DNA of 30,890 nucleotides, from the NCBI GenBank assembly GCA_043814055.1, contig JBDRKL010000003.1, forward strand, positions 1 through 30,890, written 5' to 3'. The stretch is from an archaeon (lineage in GTDB: Archaea; Undinarchaeota; Undinarchaeia; Undinarchaeales; JBDRKL01). The notes under the pieces are model-generated. The model did not search any database. It was not told where the DNA came from and saw only the letters and a list, made by a program, of their open reading frames with translations. Positions within the stretch are counted from its first letter, which is position 1. The number at the start of each line of letters is the position of its first letter. The position numbers were made by a program, and so were the translations under genes. This document shows positions 9,027 through 16,385 of the stretch, piece after piece.

Positions 9027-9814
9027 AAAAACTTGTTTTTCTTGCGCTAATCCTGCTAGCTGTATCTGCTGCAAACGCAGAGCGCATCTTTGACCCCCAG
9101 TCAATACTTGATGTCTCTGTTTCGCTTGATGAGCCAATTGTGGCAAAATCCAGCGAACTATCCCTGACAACCGAGCTTGAAAATCTTCAGGAAGATCCGC
9201 TCAGGGTTTACATGACTTATATAGTAACAGGCGAGACCGGCAGTGAATTCTTAAATGACAAAAGCTCTGTAACGCTTTACACAACTAATACTGTTGTAAA
9301 AAGTTTTAACGAGCTGAATGTTGGAGACGGCAAATATCAACTCACTTTTAAAATTTCATATCTCAACTATACCGGTGACTTCAAGTATGATTTTGAAGTT
9401 GATGCAAACTTTGAGGCAGGTAACACCTCTTTTTTCTCTAGGCTGAACCTGGGCCAGCGGGTCGTACTAATAGCGCTTGCAATTTTGCTCGGTCTCCTGC
9501 TCGGAGCAATTCTGCATACTCTCACATTGTTCCCAAAAATGCGGAAGAAAAGAGAGCGCATTGAGCGCTTGAACAAAATTCTTAACAACTTGAAAAAGCG
9601 CCGCATAACCCAAGACGTTTTCAAGGCGGAACACGCAATAGTTGCAGAGGAAAAAGCGATAAAGCAGGGAGTACAAGGCATCTTTCATGGAAAAAGCGTG
9701 CAGGGAAATAATCAGAGCGGCGCTCAGCAAAGGCCTCAGCCGCGAGGAACTAGTCAAGCTCAAGGCCAGAGTCAGCCGCAGGCATCACCTCGCAAAAACT
9801 CCAAGCAACGCTGA
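9023..9814 (+). CDS. Secreted Ig-like protein with C-terminal TM and basic tail
   Basis: ATGA overlap with the previous gene; signal peptide (ANA), beta-rich domain, TM VVLIALAILLGLLLGAIL. The 3' end runs 128 nt into elp3. Confidence 0.7.
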   Translation: MKKLVFLALILLAVSAANAERIFDPQSILDVSVSLDEPIVAKSSELSLTTELENLQEDPLRVYMTYIVTGETGSEFLNDKSSVTLYTTNTVVKSFNELNVGDGKYQLTFKISYLNYTGDFKYDFEVDANFEAGNTSFFSRLNLGQRVVLIALAILLGLLLGAILHTLTLFPKMRKKRERIERLNKILNNLKKRRITQDVFKAEHAIVAEEKAIKQGVQGIFHGKSVQGNNQSGAQQRPQPRGTSQAQGQSQPQASPRKNSKQR

Positions 9815-11216
9815 TATTCTCAAAGTCGCCACAGCTTCTGAAAAGAAAAAACTCAGGCAATTGCTTTTGAAAAAACCAACCCGCTCAATCTCAGGTGTCT
9901 CAGTTGTTGCAGTCATGGCCCGACCCTGGGACTGCCCGCACGGCAAATGCTCATACTGCCCCCGCGGCTCAGACGCTCCGCAGAGCTACACCGGCGAGGA
10001 ACCTGCAGCGCTCAGAGCAAGGTTCAACAAGTTCAGCGCCACAAACCAAGTTAAAAATCGTTTGCAGCAACTCCGCGAAACCGGCCACCCAACTGACAAG
10101 GTTGAATTAATCATAATGGGCGGCACATTTCCTGCACAGCCGGTTTCTTACCAAAAGCAATTTGTCAAGGACTGCCTGGACGCGATGAGCGGTAAAAAAA
10201 CAAAAACCTTGGCTGAGGCAAAGAAGGCGTGCGAAACTTCAAAAGTCCGCCCAATCGGCATCACTTTTGAAACCCGGCCGGATTACTGCAAGGAAAAAGA
10301 AATCAAGCGAATGCTTCAGCTCGGCGCAACCCGCGTAGAGCTCGGAGTTCAAAATGTTTATGATTCAATCTACAAAAAAGTCAACCGCGGCCACACAGTT
10401 TTAGACGTTATAGAATCCACCAAGCTCATGAAGGACGCCGGTCTCAAGGTGCTTTATCACATGATGCCAGGCCTCCCTGGCTCCTCTCTTAAGAAGGACT
10501 TGACAGGGTTCAAGACCATTTTTTCAGACCAAAGGTTCAAGCCTGACATGATTAAGATTTACCCAACGCTTGTTATGCCCGGCACTGAGCTTTATGATGA
10601 CTGGAAAGCCGGGAAATACAAGCCCTTAACTTCAATCCAGGCAGCGAAACTTGTTTCAAAAATCAAGCAAATTATCCCGCCGTGGATTAGGATAATGCGC
10701 GTGCAGCGCGACATACCGGCTAATTTGATTGCAGAGGGTGTGAAGAAGAGCAACCTTAGGCAACTTGCCACTGCGAATTGCAAGTGCATCCGATGTAGAG
10801 AGGTCGGGCACAACAAGCTCAAGCCTGAGAACATTGAAATCAAAGTTCAAAAATATAACGCATCCGGCGGAGTTGAGTATTTCATTTCAGCCGAGGACTT
10901 TGAGAAAGGTGTATTGGTTGGTTATTTAAGACTTAGGAAAACACAGACCCACGATGTGGGTCGTGCGAGCCGCTATCGCAGCTCTGCCCCAACGCGTTGG
11001 CTCGTAAGAGAGCTCCACGTCTATGGGGTAGAAGTTCCAATAGGCGAAGACGAAGCCACAGCTTATCAGCACAAAGGCTGGGGTAAGAAACTTTTGCAGA
11101 AAGCTGAGGAAATTGCAGATGAGAAGTTGTATGTTCTTAGCGGAATCGGTGCAAAAGAGTATTACAGAAATCGCGGGTACAAGGATGATGGGGTTTATGT
11201 GGTTCGTTACCTGTAA
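9687..11216 (+). CDS. elp3: tRNA uridine(34) acetyltransferase Elp3 (radical SAM + KAT)
   Basis: CPHGKCSYCP cluster motif, QSYTGEEPA, MGGTF, ETRPDY, TRVELGVQ, HMMPGLPG, RELHVYG, QHKGWGKKLL. Confidence 0.95.
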   Translation: MEKACREIIRAALSKGLSREELVKLKARVSRRHHLAKTPSNADILKVATASEKKKLRQLLLKKPTRSISGVSVVAVMARPWDCPHGKCSYCPRGSDAPQSYTGEEPAALRARFNKFSATNQVKNRLQQLRETGHPTDKVELIIMGGTFPAQPVSYQKQFVKDCLDAMSGKKTKTLAEAKKACETSKVRPIGITFETRPDYCKEKEIKRMLQLGATRVELGVQNVYDSIYKKVNRGHTVLDVIESTKLMKDAGLKVLYHMMPGLPGSSLKKDLTGFKTIFSDQRFKPDMIKIYPTLVMPGTELYDDWKAGKYKPLTSIQAAKLVSKIKQIIPPWIRIMRVQRDIPANLIAEGVKKSNLRQLATANCKCIRCREVGHNKLKPENIEIKVQKYNASGGVEYFISAEDFEKGVLVGYLRLRKTQTHDVGRASRYRSSAPTRWLVRELHVYGVEVPIGEDEATAYQHKGWGKKLLQKAEEIADEKLYVLSGIGAKEYYRNRGYKDDGVYVVRYL

Positions 11217-11455
11217 GCACGTCCGTGCTCTGACGCCTTGCTCACTACTACAACCCCTTTCTCTTCCTTCAGCTTGAATATCTCCTCAACCGAATATCCC
11301 AGCGCTGCAGCAATCTTCAAGCCAATCTTGATAGAAGGGATCATCTTGGAATTCTCAACTGCGTGAATGGTCTGCCTTGTAACTCCAGCCCGCTCTGCCA
11401 GTTCCTGCTGGGTTACTCTGTGCCTTGCCCTGATTTCACGCAGTTTATTGTGCAT
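11207..11455 (-). CDS. XRE/Cro-family helix-turn-helix transcriptional regulator
   Basis: TQQELAERAGVTRQTIHAVENSKMIPS...VEEIF is a typical HTH_3 pattern. Confidence 0.9.
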   Translation of the reverse strand: MHNKLREIRARHRVTQQELAERAGVTRQTIHAVENSKMIPSIKIGLKIAAALGYSVEEIFKLKEEKGVVVVSKASEHGRAYR

Positions 11456-11517
11456 ATGTAAACGACTAATTACATTTAGTATTTAAAGGTTTACATAGTG
11501 TAAGGTATAGACTACAT
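11456..11517. promoter_or_regulatory. Palindromic operators flanking the XRE gene TATA box
   Basis: Perfect ATGTAA-N8-TTACAT at 11456-11475, GTGTAA-N8-CTACAT at 11498-11517 and a TTACAT half-site at 11491-11496. Minus-strand TTTAAATA at 11480-11487. Confidence 0.65.
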
Positions 11518-11635
11518 TTAATTGATTTTAATTTCCACTAATGTAACCGCTCACTTTGAATTAATATTCACTTTTCGTCGACGGTGATTTAAATCCTCCA
11601 AAATCTATAAATACCCCTACACTTACTCTACTAAA

Positions 11636-12022
11636 ATGAATTCTACTCCAAAAAATGTCAAATCAATTCTAAAAAAGCTCAAGGTCAGCGAGAGCGAAAT
11701 TGCTGACTATTGCATAAACCACGCAACCGAAGCTCTTCAGGAGAACGGCTACAAGGACGCGCGGCTCTGGGCAACAAACATACTTTCCAACGCAATCGGC
11801 GAGTTTTCCTCGCTCAGCAACTACGATGACATGGAGATGTGGATGGATGAGCTTGAGGGATTGGAGCGCGAAGTTGTGGAGGCAATCCTTGAAACATTTG
11901 AGCACCTCTACGAGTCCCACCCGAGCTCAGACCCAAATGACATAAAGGACACCATAGTCTACGCTATTTCAAAAGCCCTTGACCAGGAAGATAAGATAAA
12001 GTACTCAAGGTCTTACGCCTGA
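11636..12022 (+). CDS. Hypothetical acidic helical protein
   Basis: 128-aa ORF with a TATAAATA box ~25 nt upstream; no recognised motif. Confidence 0.65.
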   Translation: MNSTPKNVKSILKKLKVSESEIADYCINHATEALQENGYKDARLWATNILSNAIGEFSSLSNYDDMEMWMDELEGLEREVVEAILETFEHLYESHPSSDPNDIKDTIVYAISKALDQEDKIKYSRSYA

Positions 12023-12318
12023 ACCTCGTTTGCCCACGCAGCGTATTTCTCATTCAGCTCATCCAGTTCAAGCGCGCTTATTAATGGAATCTCATAGCTG
12101 TGAAGTTCCTCAATGCGCCGCTTGATGTCCTCGTACTTCCTATTTGTCTTGAGCAGGAGAAGCGCTTCATCAGTCTCGGTGACTTTGCCCTCATATATGA
12201 AGTAGGAGGTTATGTTTGGAATGATATTTGCGCAGGCTACCATTCGTTCTTCAACGAGTTTTTTTCCAATTTCTTTTGCCTCGTTCTTGTTCTTTGTCGG
12301 CACGTAAATTAAAAGCAT
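12013..12318 (-). CDS. cutA: Divalent-cation tolerance protein CutA
   Basis: From ATG 12318: EAKEIGKKLVEERMVACANI...E.LLLLKT...HSYEIPLI...YAAW. The longer ORF-track version is an artefact. Confidence 0.9.
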   Translation of the reverse strand: MLLIYVPTKNKNEAKEIGKKLVEERMVACANIIPNITSYFIYEGKVTETDEALLLLKTNRKYEDIKRRIEELHSYEIPLISALELDELNEKYAAWANEVQA

Positions 12319-12352
12319 ATATTTATTTAGTATGCGCTGCTTTAAAACCTTA

Positions 12353-12850
12353 ATGCAGTACCACACACACGCAGCAGGCGGGCTTGTTTTCGGTATGCTC
12401 TCTGTAAAATACGCACTGGCGTCATTCGCCGGGCCCAGCTTTTTGCTGTTCGTTGTACTCGGCTCGCTCCTCCCTGACATTGACCACCCAAAGAGCAAGG
12501 TAGGCCGATGGGTTCCAATCTTGCCGCGGCTGATGAAGCACCGCGGGCTCTCGCACAGCCTCTTTGGTCTTGGAGTAAGCGCGGCAGTTCTCATACTCCT
12601 ATTCAATTTTGCCGGATTCACCGCGTGGCACATTTCAGTTGCAGCTATGAGCGTCGGCTTCTTCTCACACCTTGCACTGGATTCGCTCAACCCTAAAGGA
12701 GTTCATTGGTTCCGTCCGCTCCACAAGGTTCACTTTAAGGGGCCAATAGAAACAGGCACAATTTTTGAAAGCGCTATCTTGGTGCTCCTAATATTCGCGC
12801 TCGGCTTCCTCCTCAGGGACTTCGGCCTTGCAATATTTCATATAATTTAA
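12353..12850 (+). CDS. Membrane-bound metal-dependent hydrolase (YdjM-like)
   Basis: HTH at the N-terminus, GSLLPDIDHP, HRGLSHS, SHLALDSLNPKGV; start at ATG 12353 preferred over 12332. Confidence 0.85.
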   Translation: MQYHTHAAGGLVFGMLSVKYALASFAGPSFLLFVVLGSLLPDIDHPKSKVGRWVPILPRLMKHRGLSHSLFGLGVSAAVLILLFNFAGFTAWHISVAAMSVGFFSHLALDSLNPKGVHWFRPLHKVHFKGPIETGTIFESAILVLLIFALGFLLRDFGLAIFHII

Positions 12851-12921
12851 AGTTTGTAGTTTATAGTCGGTAGTTTGTAGTTTTTTACTACCTACTACCC
12901 ACCTCCTACAACCTACTTCCT
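12851..12921. repeat. Inverted pair of degenerate heptamer tandem arrays
   Basis: AGTTTGT AGTTTAT AGTCGGT AGTTTGT AGTTTTT, then T, then ACTACCT ACTACCC ACCTCCT ACAACCT ACTTCCT, between convergent stops. Confidence 0.7.
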
Positions 12922-13582
12922 AAATTTTAACCCCTTTCAAAACTTCTTCTTGCAGGGCTTCCTGCGCAATTCTTATCGGCTCAGGAATCTGGCTCGCTGA
13001 AAAACATTTTTTGGTAATACTCACAGCGGTCTCAAGAGTTATCTTGTTTCCAGGGCTCACGTATATCGGCGCGCTGCCCATTTTTTGCTTTACAATCTGC
13101 GCTCTTATCTCATCATTCTCAACAACATATTCAGTCCCGTCGCGGTTTTCAATCTGCCCAAAAGTTAATTTTCTTGAAGCGCCGATTGTTGAAATTCCAA
13201 GCGCGAGTCCAACGTGCGCTGCAATTCCTAATCCGCGCGGGTGGTTTATGCCCTGCCCGTCAATCATGTAAACCGGAGGCATGTCCAGGCTCTTAATCGC
13301 GTCAGCCAGGACTTTTCCCTCGCGGAAGCCCTCGCAGCTTGGTATGGCCGCGAACTTCATTTTTTCTGTGATAATCTCCTTTTTCTTGACCACCAGGTCA
13401 GGGAAGCCAAGCACGACAACGCTCACGGTTACTGAGTTTCCCCTGCAGTACATCACTGCGCCTCCTATCCTATCCATATTCACTGGAATCCTGTCCTCAA
13501 AAACTAGCTCCTCGGCTAGCTGTTCCTGCAGCGCAAGAGCATCGTTCACCATTATGTTCTGGGGGAAGTACTTGTTAGCCAT
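12920..13582 (-). CDS. nfi: Endonuclease V homologue with degenerate active site
   Basis: ALALQEQL, FRE, MIDGQGINHPRGLGIAAHVG, PIYVSPGN and IPEPIRIA are conserved; several catalytic positions are substituted (see findings). Confidence 0.85.
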   Translation of the reverse strand: MANKYFPQNIMVNDALALQEQLAEELVFEDRIPVNMDRIGGAVMYCRGNSVTVSVVVLGFPDLVVKKKEIITEKMKFAAIPSCEGFREGKVLADAIKSLDMPPVYMIDGQGINHPRGLGIAAHVGLALGISTIGASRKLTFGQIENRDGTEYVVENDEIRAQIVKQKMGSAPIYVSPGNKITLETAVSITKKCFSASQIPEPIRIAQEALQEEVLKGVKI

Positions 13583-13612
13583 TTTAAGGGAAATCGTCTA
13601 GTAGCGGGGTAT

Positions 13613-14236
13613 TTAAGTGCTTTTCGTTTCCTGCGCCGCGTACTTGCTTGCAATGTTCCGAACGTCCAAAAGCTCCAACTTTGTGCTGTGGCAAATTTCT
13701 CTCGTGTCCTCTATTAGCAGGTTCAGCTTGCTGAGTATCTCGTTGGCGCGCCGTGCCTTGCCAATCGATTTGTCCGTTGCCTGATGTGATAATATTGTCA
13801 AAATCCATTGTTTAGCTGGTCTCTTGCGCTGGTCAATTCGCGAGTACGCTGTTATGAGCGAGTCAAGCTGGGCAAGGCTCATGTCAATTGAGCTCAATAG
13901 GTTTCTGTATGTTGCCCCTGGGTTCTCTTTGTAGCTCTTCATTATCTCACTTAGTGGTGCATTACCTGCATAGCTCTTTTTCATAACGTGGAAGCGCCGT
14001 GCCATCTTTGAAAGCTCCTCGTTGAAGGTGAGCATCGGCGTTTCAAGGTCAGAGACCTGCTTTAGCTCTGTAGCTGCGACCAAATCCAAAATCTCATCCT
14101 GTCGGCCCTTGTAGCTTGATGACATCAACTTGATTCCCTTAGCTTTCAAATCATCCAAGAAATTAGCGGATAAAGTGGATAGCCTGTTAATGCAATCTGT
14201 ATATTCGCGCTCGCTTCCGTACGGGCTTATTACCAT
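13613..14236 (-). CDS. Hypothetical helical protein
   Basis: 207-aa ORF with TATA-like TTTATTAA ~25 nt upstream; no motif recognised. Confidence 0.65.
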   Translation of the reverse strand: MVISPYGSEREYTDCINRLSTLSANFLDDLKAKGIKLMSSSYKGRQDEILDLVAATELKQVSDLETPMLTFNEELSKMARRFHVMKKSYAGNAPLSEIMKSYKENPGATYRNLLSSIDMSLAQLDSLITAYSRIDQRKRPAKQWILTILSHQATDKSIGKARRANEILSKLNLLIEDTREICHSTKLELLDVRNIASKYAAQETKST

Positions 14237-14287
14237 ATGTAGAATATAGCTGAGGCTTATTAAATAACTTATGGGATAAAAAAAGTT

Positions 14288-14317
14288 TAAAAGACGCCCT
14301 GCGTTGGGCGTCTTTTA
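14288..14317. terminator. Intrinsic-terminator-like hairpin with U tracts on both strands
   Basis: Perfect 12-bp inverted repeat TAAAAGACGCCC/GGGCGTCTTTTA with a 6-nt loop, 20 nt past the stop of 14337-14789. Confidence 0.7.
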
Positions 14318-14336
14318 GTAGTGTGTTATTTAAAGC

Positions 14337-14789
14337 TTATTTTAGTGATCTTTCTACGCGTCTATTTAGGAAGTGCAGAGCCATTCTGTCCATACGTGAC
14401 GTAGTTCCTGCAGCAACTTCTGCTTCCTTGAGCTCAATTAAAAGTTTTCCTGTAGTGCCACCAACAAGGTCTGCAACACATGCAGCTGCCTCTTTGGAGA
14501 TTTTGCCTTTCGCGTTATGAGCTGCAACCAGAGTAGACATAGCGCCTAGTAAGTCAAGTCCCTTACCAAAGTTGTTATCAACATAATCTTCAACTGCCTT
14601 TTGACGAGCCTTCTCGTCTTTAGGAGCTCGTGCAGCAATTGATTCCATTGCTGTCATATGTACGTCACCTGCTGGTAGAATATTTTTCGTCAAAAGTCTG
14701 GTTCCCTGTATACCCGTAAATTCCTTCCAAATCATAGGGAAAATCTGCTTCACCTGCATTGCTTTTGTGCCACCTTGTGTCTTAACCAT
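14337..14789 (-). CDS. Hypothetical Ala/Lys-rich protein, probably highly expressed; possible divergent histone fold
   Basis: Strong SD GGAGAGGTGA before the ATG, TTTAAATA promoter and downstream hairpin. AAHNAKGKISKE resembles the histone L2/alpha3 pattern. Confidence 0.7.
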   Translation of the reverse strand: MVKTQGGTKAMQVKQIFPMIWKEFTGIQGTRLLTKNILPAGDVHMTAMESIAARAPKDEKARQKAVEDYVDNNFGKGLDLLGAMSTLVAAHNAKGKISKEAAACVADLVGGTTGKLLIELKEAEVAAGTTSRMDRMALHFLNRRVERSLK

Positions 14790-14846
14790 AGTTTATTTCA
14801 CCTCTCCTTATTCAGTATACCCCCTCCTATTTAAATATGATGAATT

Positions 14847-15092
14847 CTAGAAGACGCTAAAGAATTTCTTCCAGACCCACATTGCTATAGGGGGGAGTAT
14901 GAATATGATAATCGCTGGCCAGCCGCACTCTGTGAATATGCATTTCAGACTTCCCAGAAATTGACTCGCTATGCCTCCTTCTTTTTGCTGAGGGGTTGTC
15001 TCTTCTCTTGCTGCGGCGAGCACTGCATCAGCAGCGATAAGCAGGACTATAAAACCCACGATGATTAGCGCTTTTGTCTTCTTGTTGTTCAT
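14847..15092 (-). CDS. Small membrane protein
   Basis: Two hydrophobic segments; ATGA coupling to the upstream gene. Confidence 0.65.
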   Translation of the reverse strand: MNNKKTKALIIVGFIVLLIAADAVLAAAREETTPQQKEGGIASQFLGSLKCIFTECGWPAIIIFILPPIAMWVWKKFFSVF

Positions 15093-15463
15093 TTTTTGGT
15101 TACCTTAACCGCCTCGCCAATGAGTATCAAGCCGATGCCGACAGCCAGTATGGCTATGATGGCAAACCAGGACTCATAGAGGGTCAAGAACTGTATCACA
15201 ATCCAGATGATGCCCACGGTCAGTGCGAATGCGCCTCCAAATGAGAGTGCCTGCCATATCATGTGCATCTTGTGGTCTGCGCCTTGCTTGTCAATGAAGA
15301 ACTCACCTAGGAGTATGAAAATTATTCCCATAATAAAGAGCAGCGCGCTCCCGTAGGTCTCGGCTTGAAACTTCATGCTGCCATACAGCAGACCAAAAAT
15401 TATGCCAAGAAGCAGTATAAACCAGCCGGAGAATTCAAACACTTTCCATATGTGACTTTTCAT
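15089..15463 (-). CDS. Four-TM membrane protein built from a duplicated 2-TM unit
   Basis: HIWKVFEFSG...IFILLGE is repeated as MIWQALSFGG...GLILIGE. Confidence 0.75.
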   Translation of the reverse strand: MKSHIWKVFEFSGWFILLLGIIFGLLYGSMKFQAETYGSALLFIMGIIFILLGEFFIDKQGADHKMHMIWQALSFGGAFALTVGIIWIVIQFLTLYESWFAIIAILAVGIGLILIGEAVKVTKK

Positions 15464-15499
15464 GTGGAATCTATAGAGAAATCGTTTTTATATATGTTT

Positions 15500-16288
15500 T
15501 TATTCCCCAACAGCCTTGCCTTTTTCCCACGCGTGGTCAAAAAGCTGCTCAAGATACTTAGTGAGATACGGGCTCTTCACCCAGAGGCCTGTGTCCTGCT
15601 GGGCTGTGTTGGACGCAGTCACGAGGATTGCCTCTTTCCCATCCCTTGCGAAGAACCTTCCTGAGAACCCGTCGTGCTTTCTTATGGCCGCGTACTGGTG
15701 CAGTGTTTCTGATTTTTTGAATGAGCCGTTCGCAGTTACTATAATTCTTGTTTTCACGCCATTCTTCTTCGCGGTTTTCATCGCTTCGGCGCAGTGCTTT
15801 TCAAGGCGCGCGAAGCCCGGCGCGTCTGTCATTTTCACAACGCTCTTCTCTGATGTTTCAATGAGTTTCTTGATTTGATTGTAAAGGTTTGCCTTGCCCC
15901 TGATGAGCCCGACTGACTCCTCTGGGTCGTCAGCAATCTTGCCCTTCTCGTAGAGCGCGTCCAGCTCTTCCCGCAGGCTGTCCTCAAGCTCCTCGAGCGA
16001 GCTCAGCTTTTTCTTGTGCTCCTCCTCGTGCCTGCCCTTGATGTGGTTGATTGCGTCCTCGGGTGAAACCCCGCTGTACTTGACAGGCCTGCCGACTTCA
16101 ACCATTGCGAACCCTTTCTTCTCCAGGCTAGTAAGAACGTCATAAACTCGTGAGCGCGGAACATTCGCGAGCTCGGAGAGGTCCCCTGCTGTTGAGTTCC
16201 CGCTTGCCAAAAGCGCCACGTATGTCCTTGACTCATATTGGTTTAACCCAACGCGCTTTAGCAAATTAAGTGTTTCATCGTTCGCCAT
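15500..16288 (-). CDS. TrmB-family transcriptional regulator
   Basis: GLNQYESRTYVALL...ANVPRSRVYDVLTSLEKKGF...GRPVKY winged helix plus a C-terminal PLD-like domain. Confidence 0.9.
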   Translation of the reverse strand: MANDETLNLLKRVGLNQYESRTYVALLASGNSTAGDLSELANVPRSRVYDVLTSLEKKGFAMVEVGRPVKYSGVSPEDAINHIKGRHEEEHKKKLSSLEELEDSLREELDALYEKGKIADDPEESVGLIRGKANLYNQIKKLIETSEKSVVKMTDAPGFARLEKHCAEAMKTAKKNGVKTRIIVTANGSFKKSETLHQYAAIRKHDGFSGRFFARDGKEAILVTASNTAQQDTGLWVKSPYLTKYLEQLFDHAWEKGKAVGE

Positions 16289-16385
16289 TATCTACCATTA
16301 TCCCCAGTTGAGTATCCCTTATACCCACCACTTTATATTTGTTATTACTGAGTGGTTAATTTAGTAGTCTAGCCTCTTTATATAC

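Noticed and set aside
12319-12690. N-terminal 124-aa extension of cutA in the ORF track
   Set aside because: It is the antisense of the hydrolase gene; CutA similarity starts at Met 12318.
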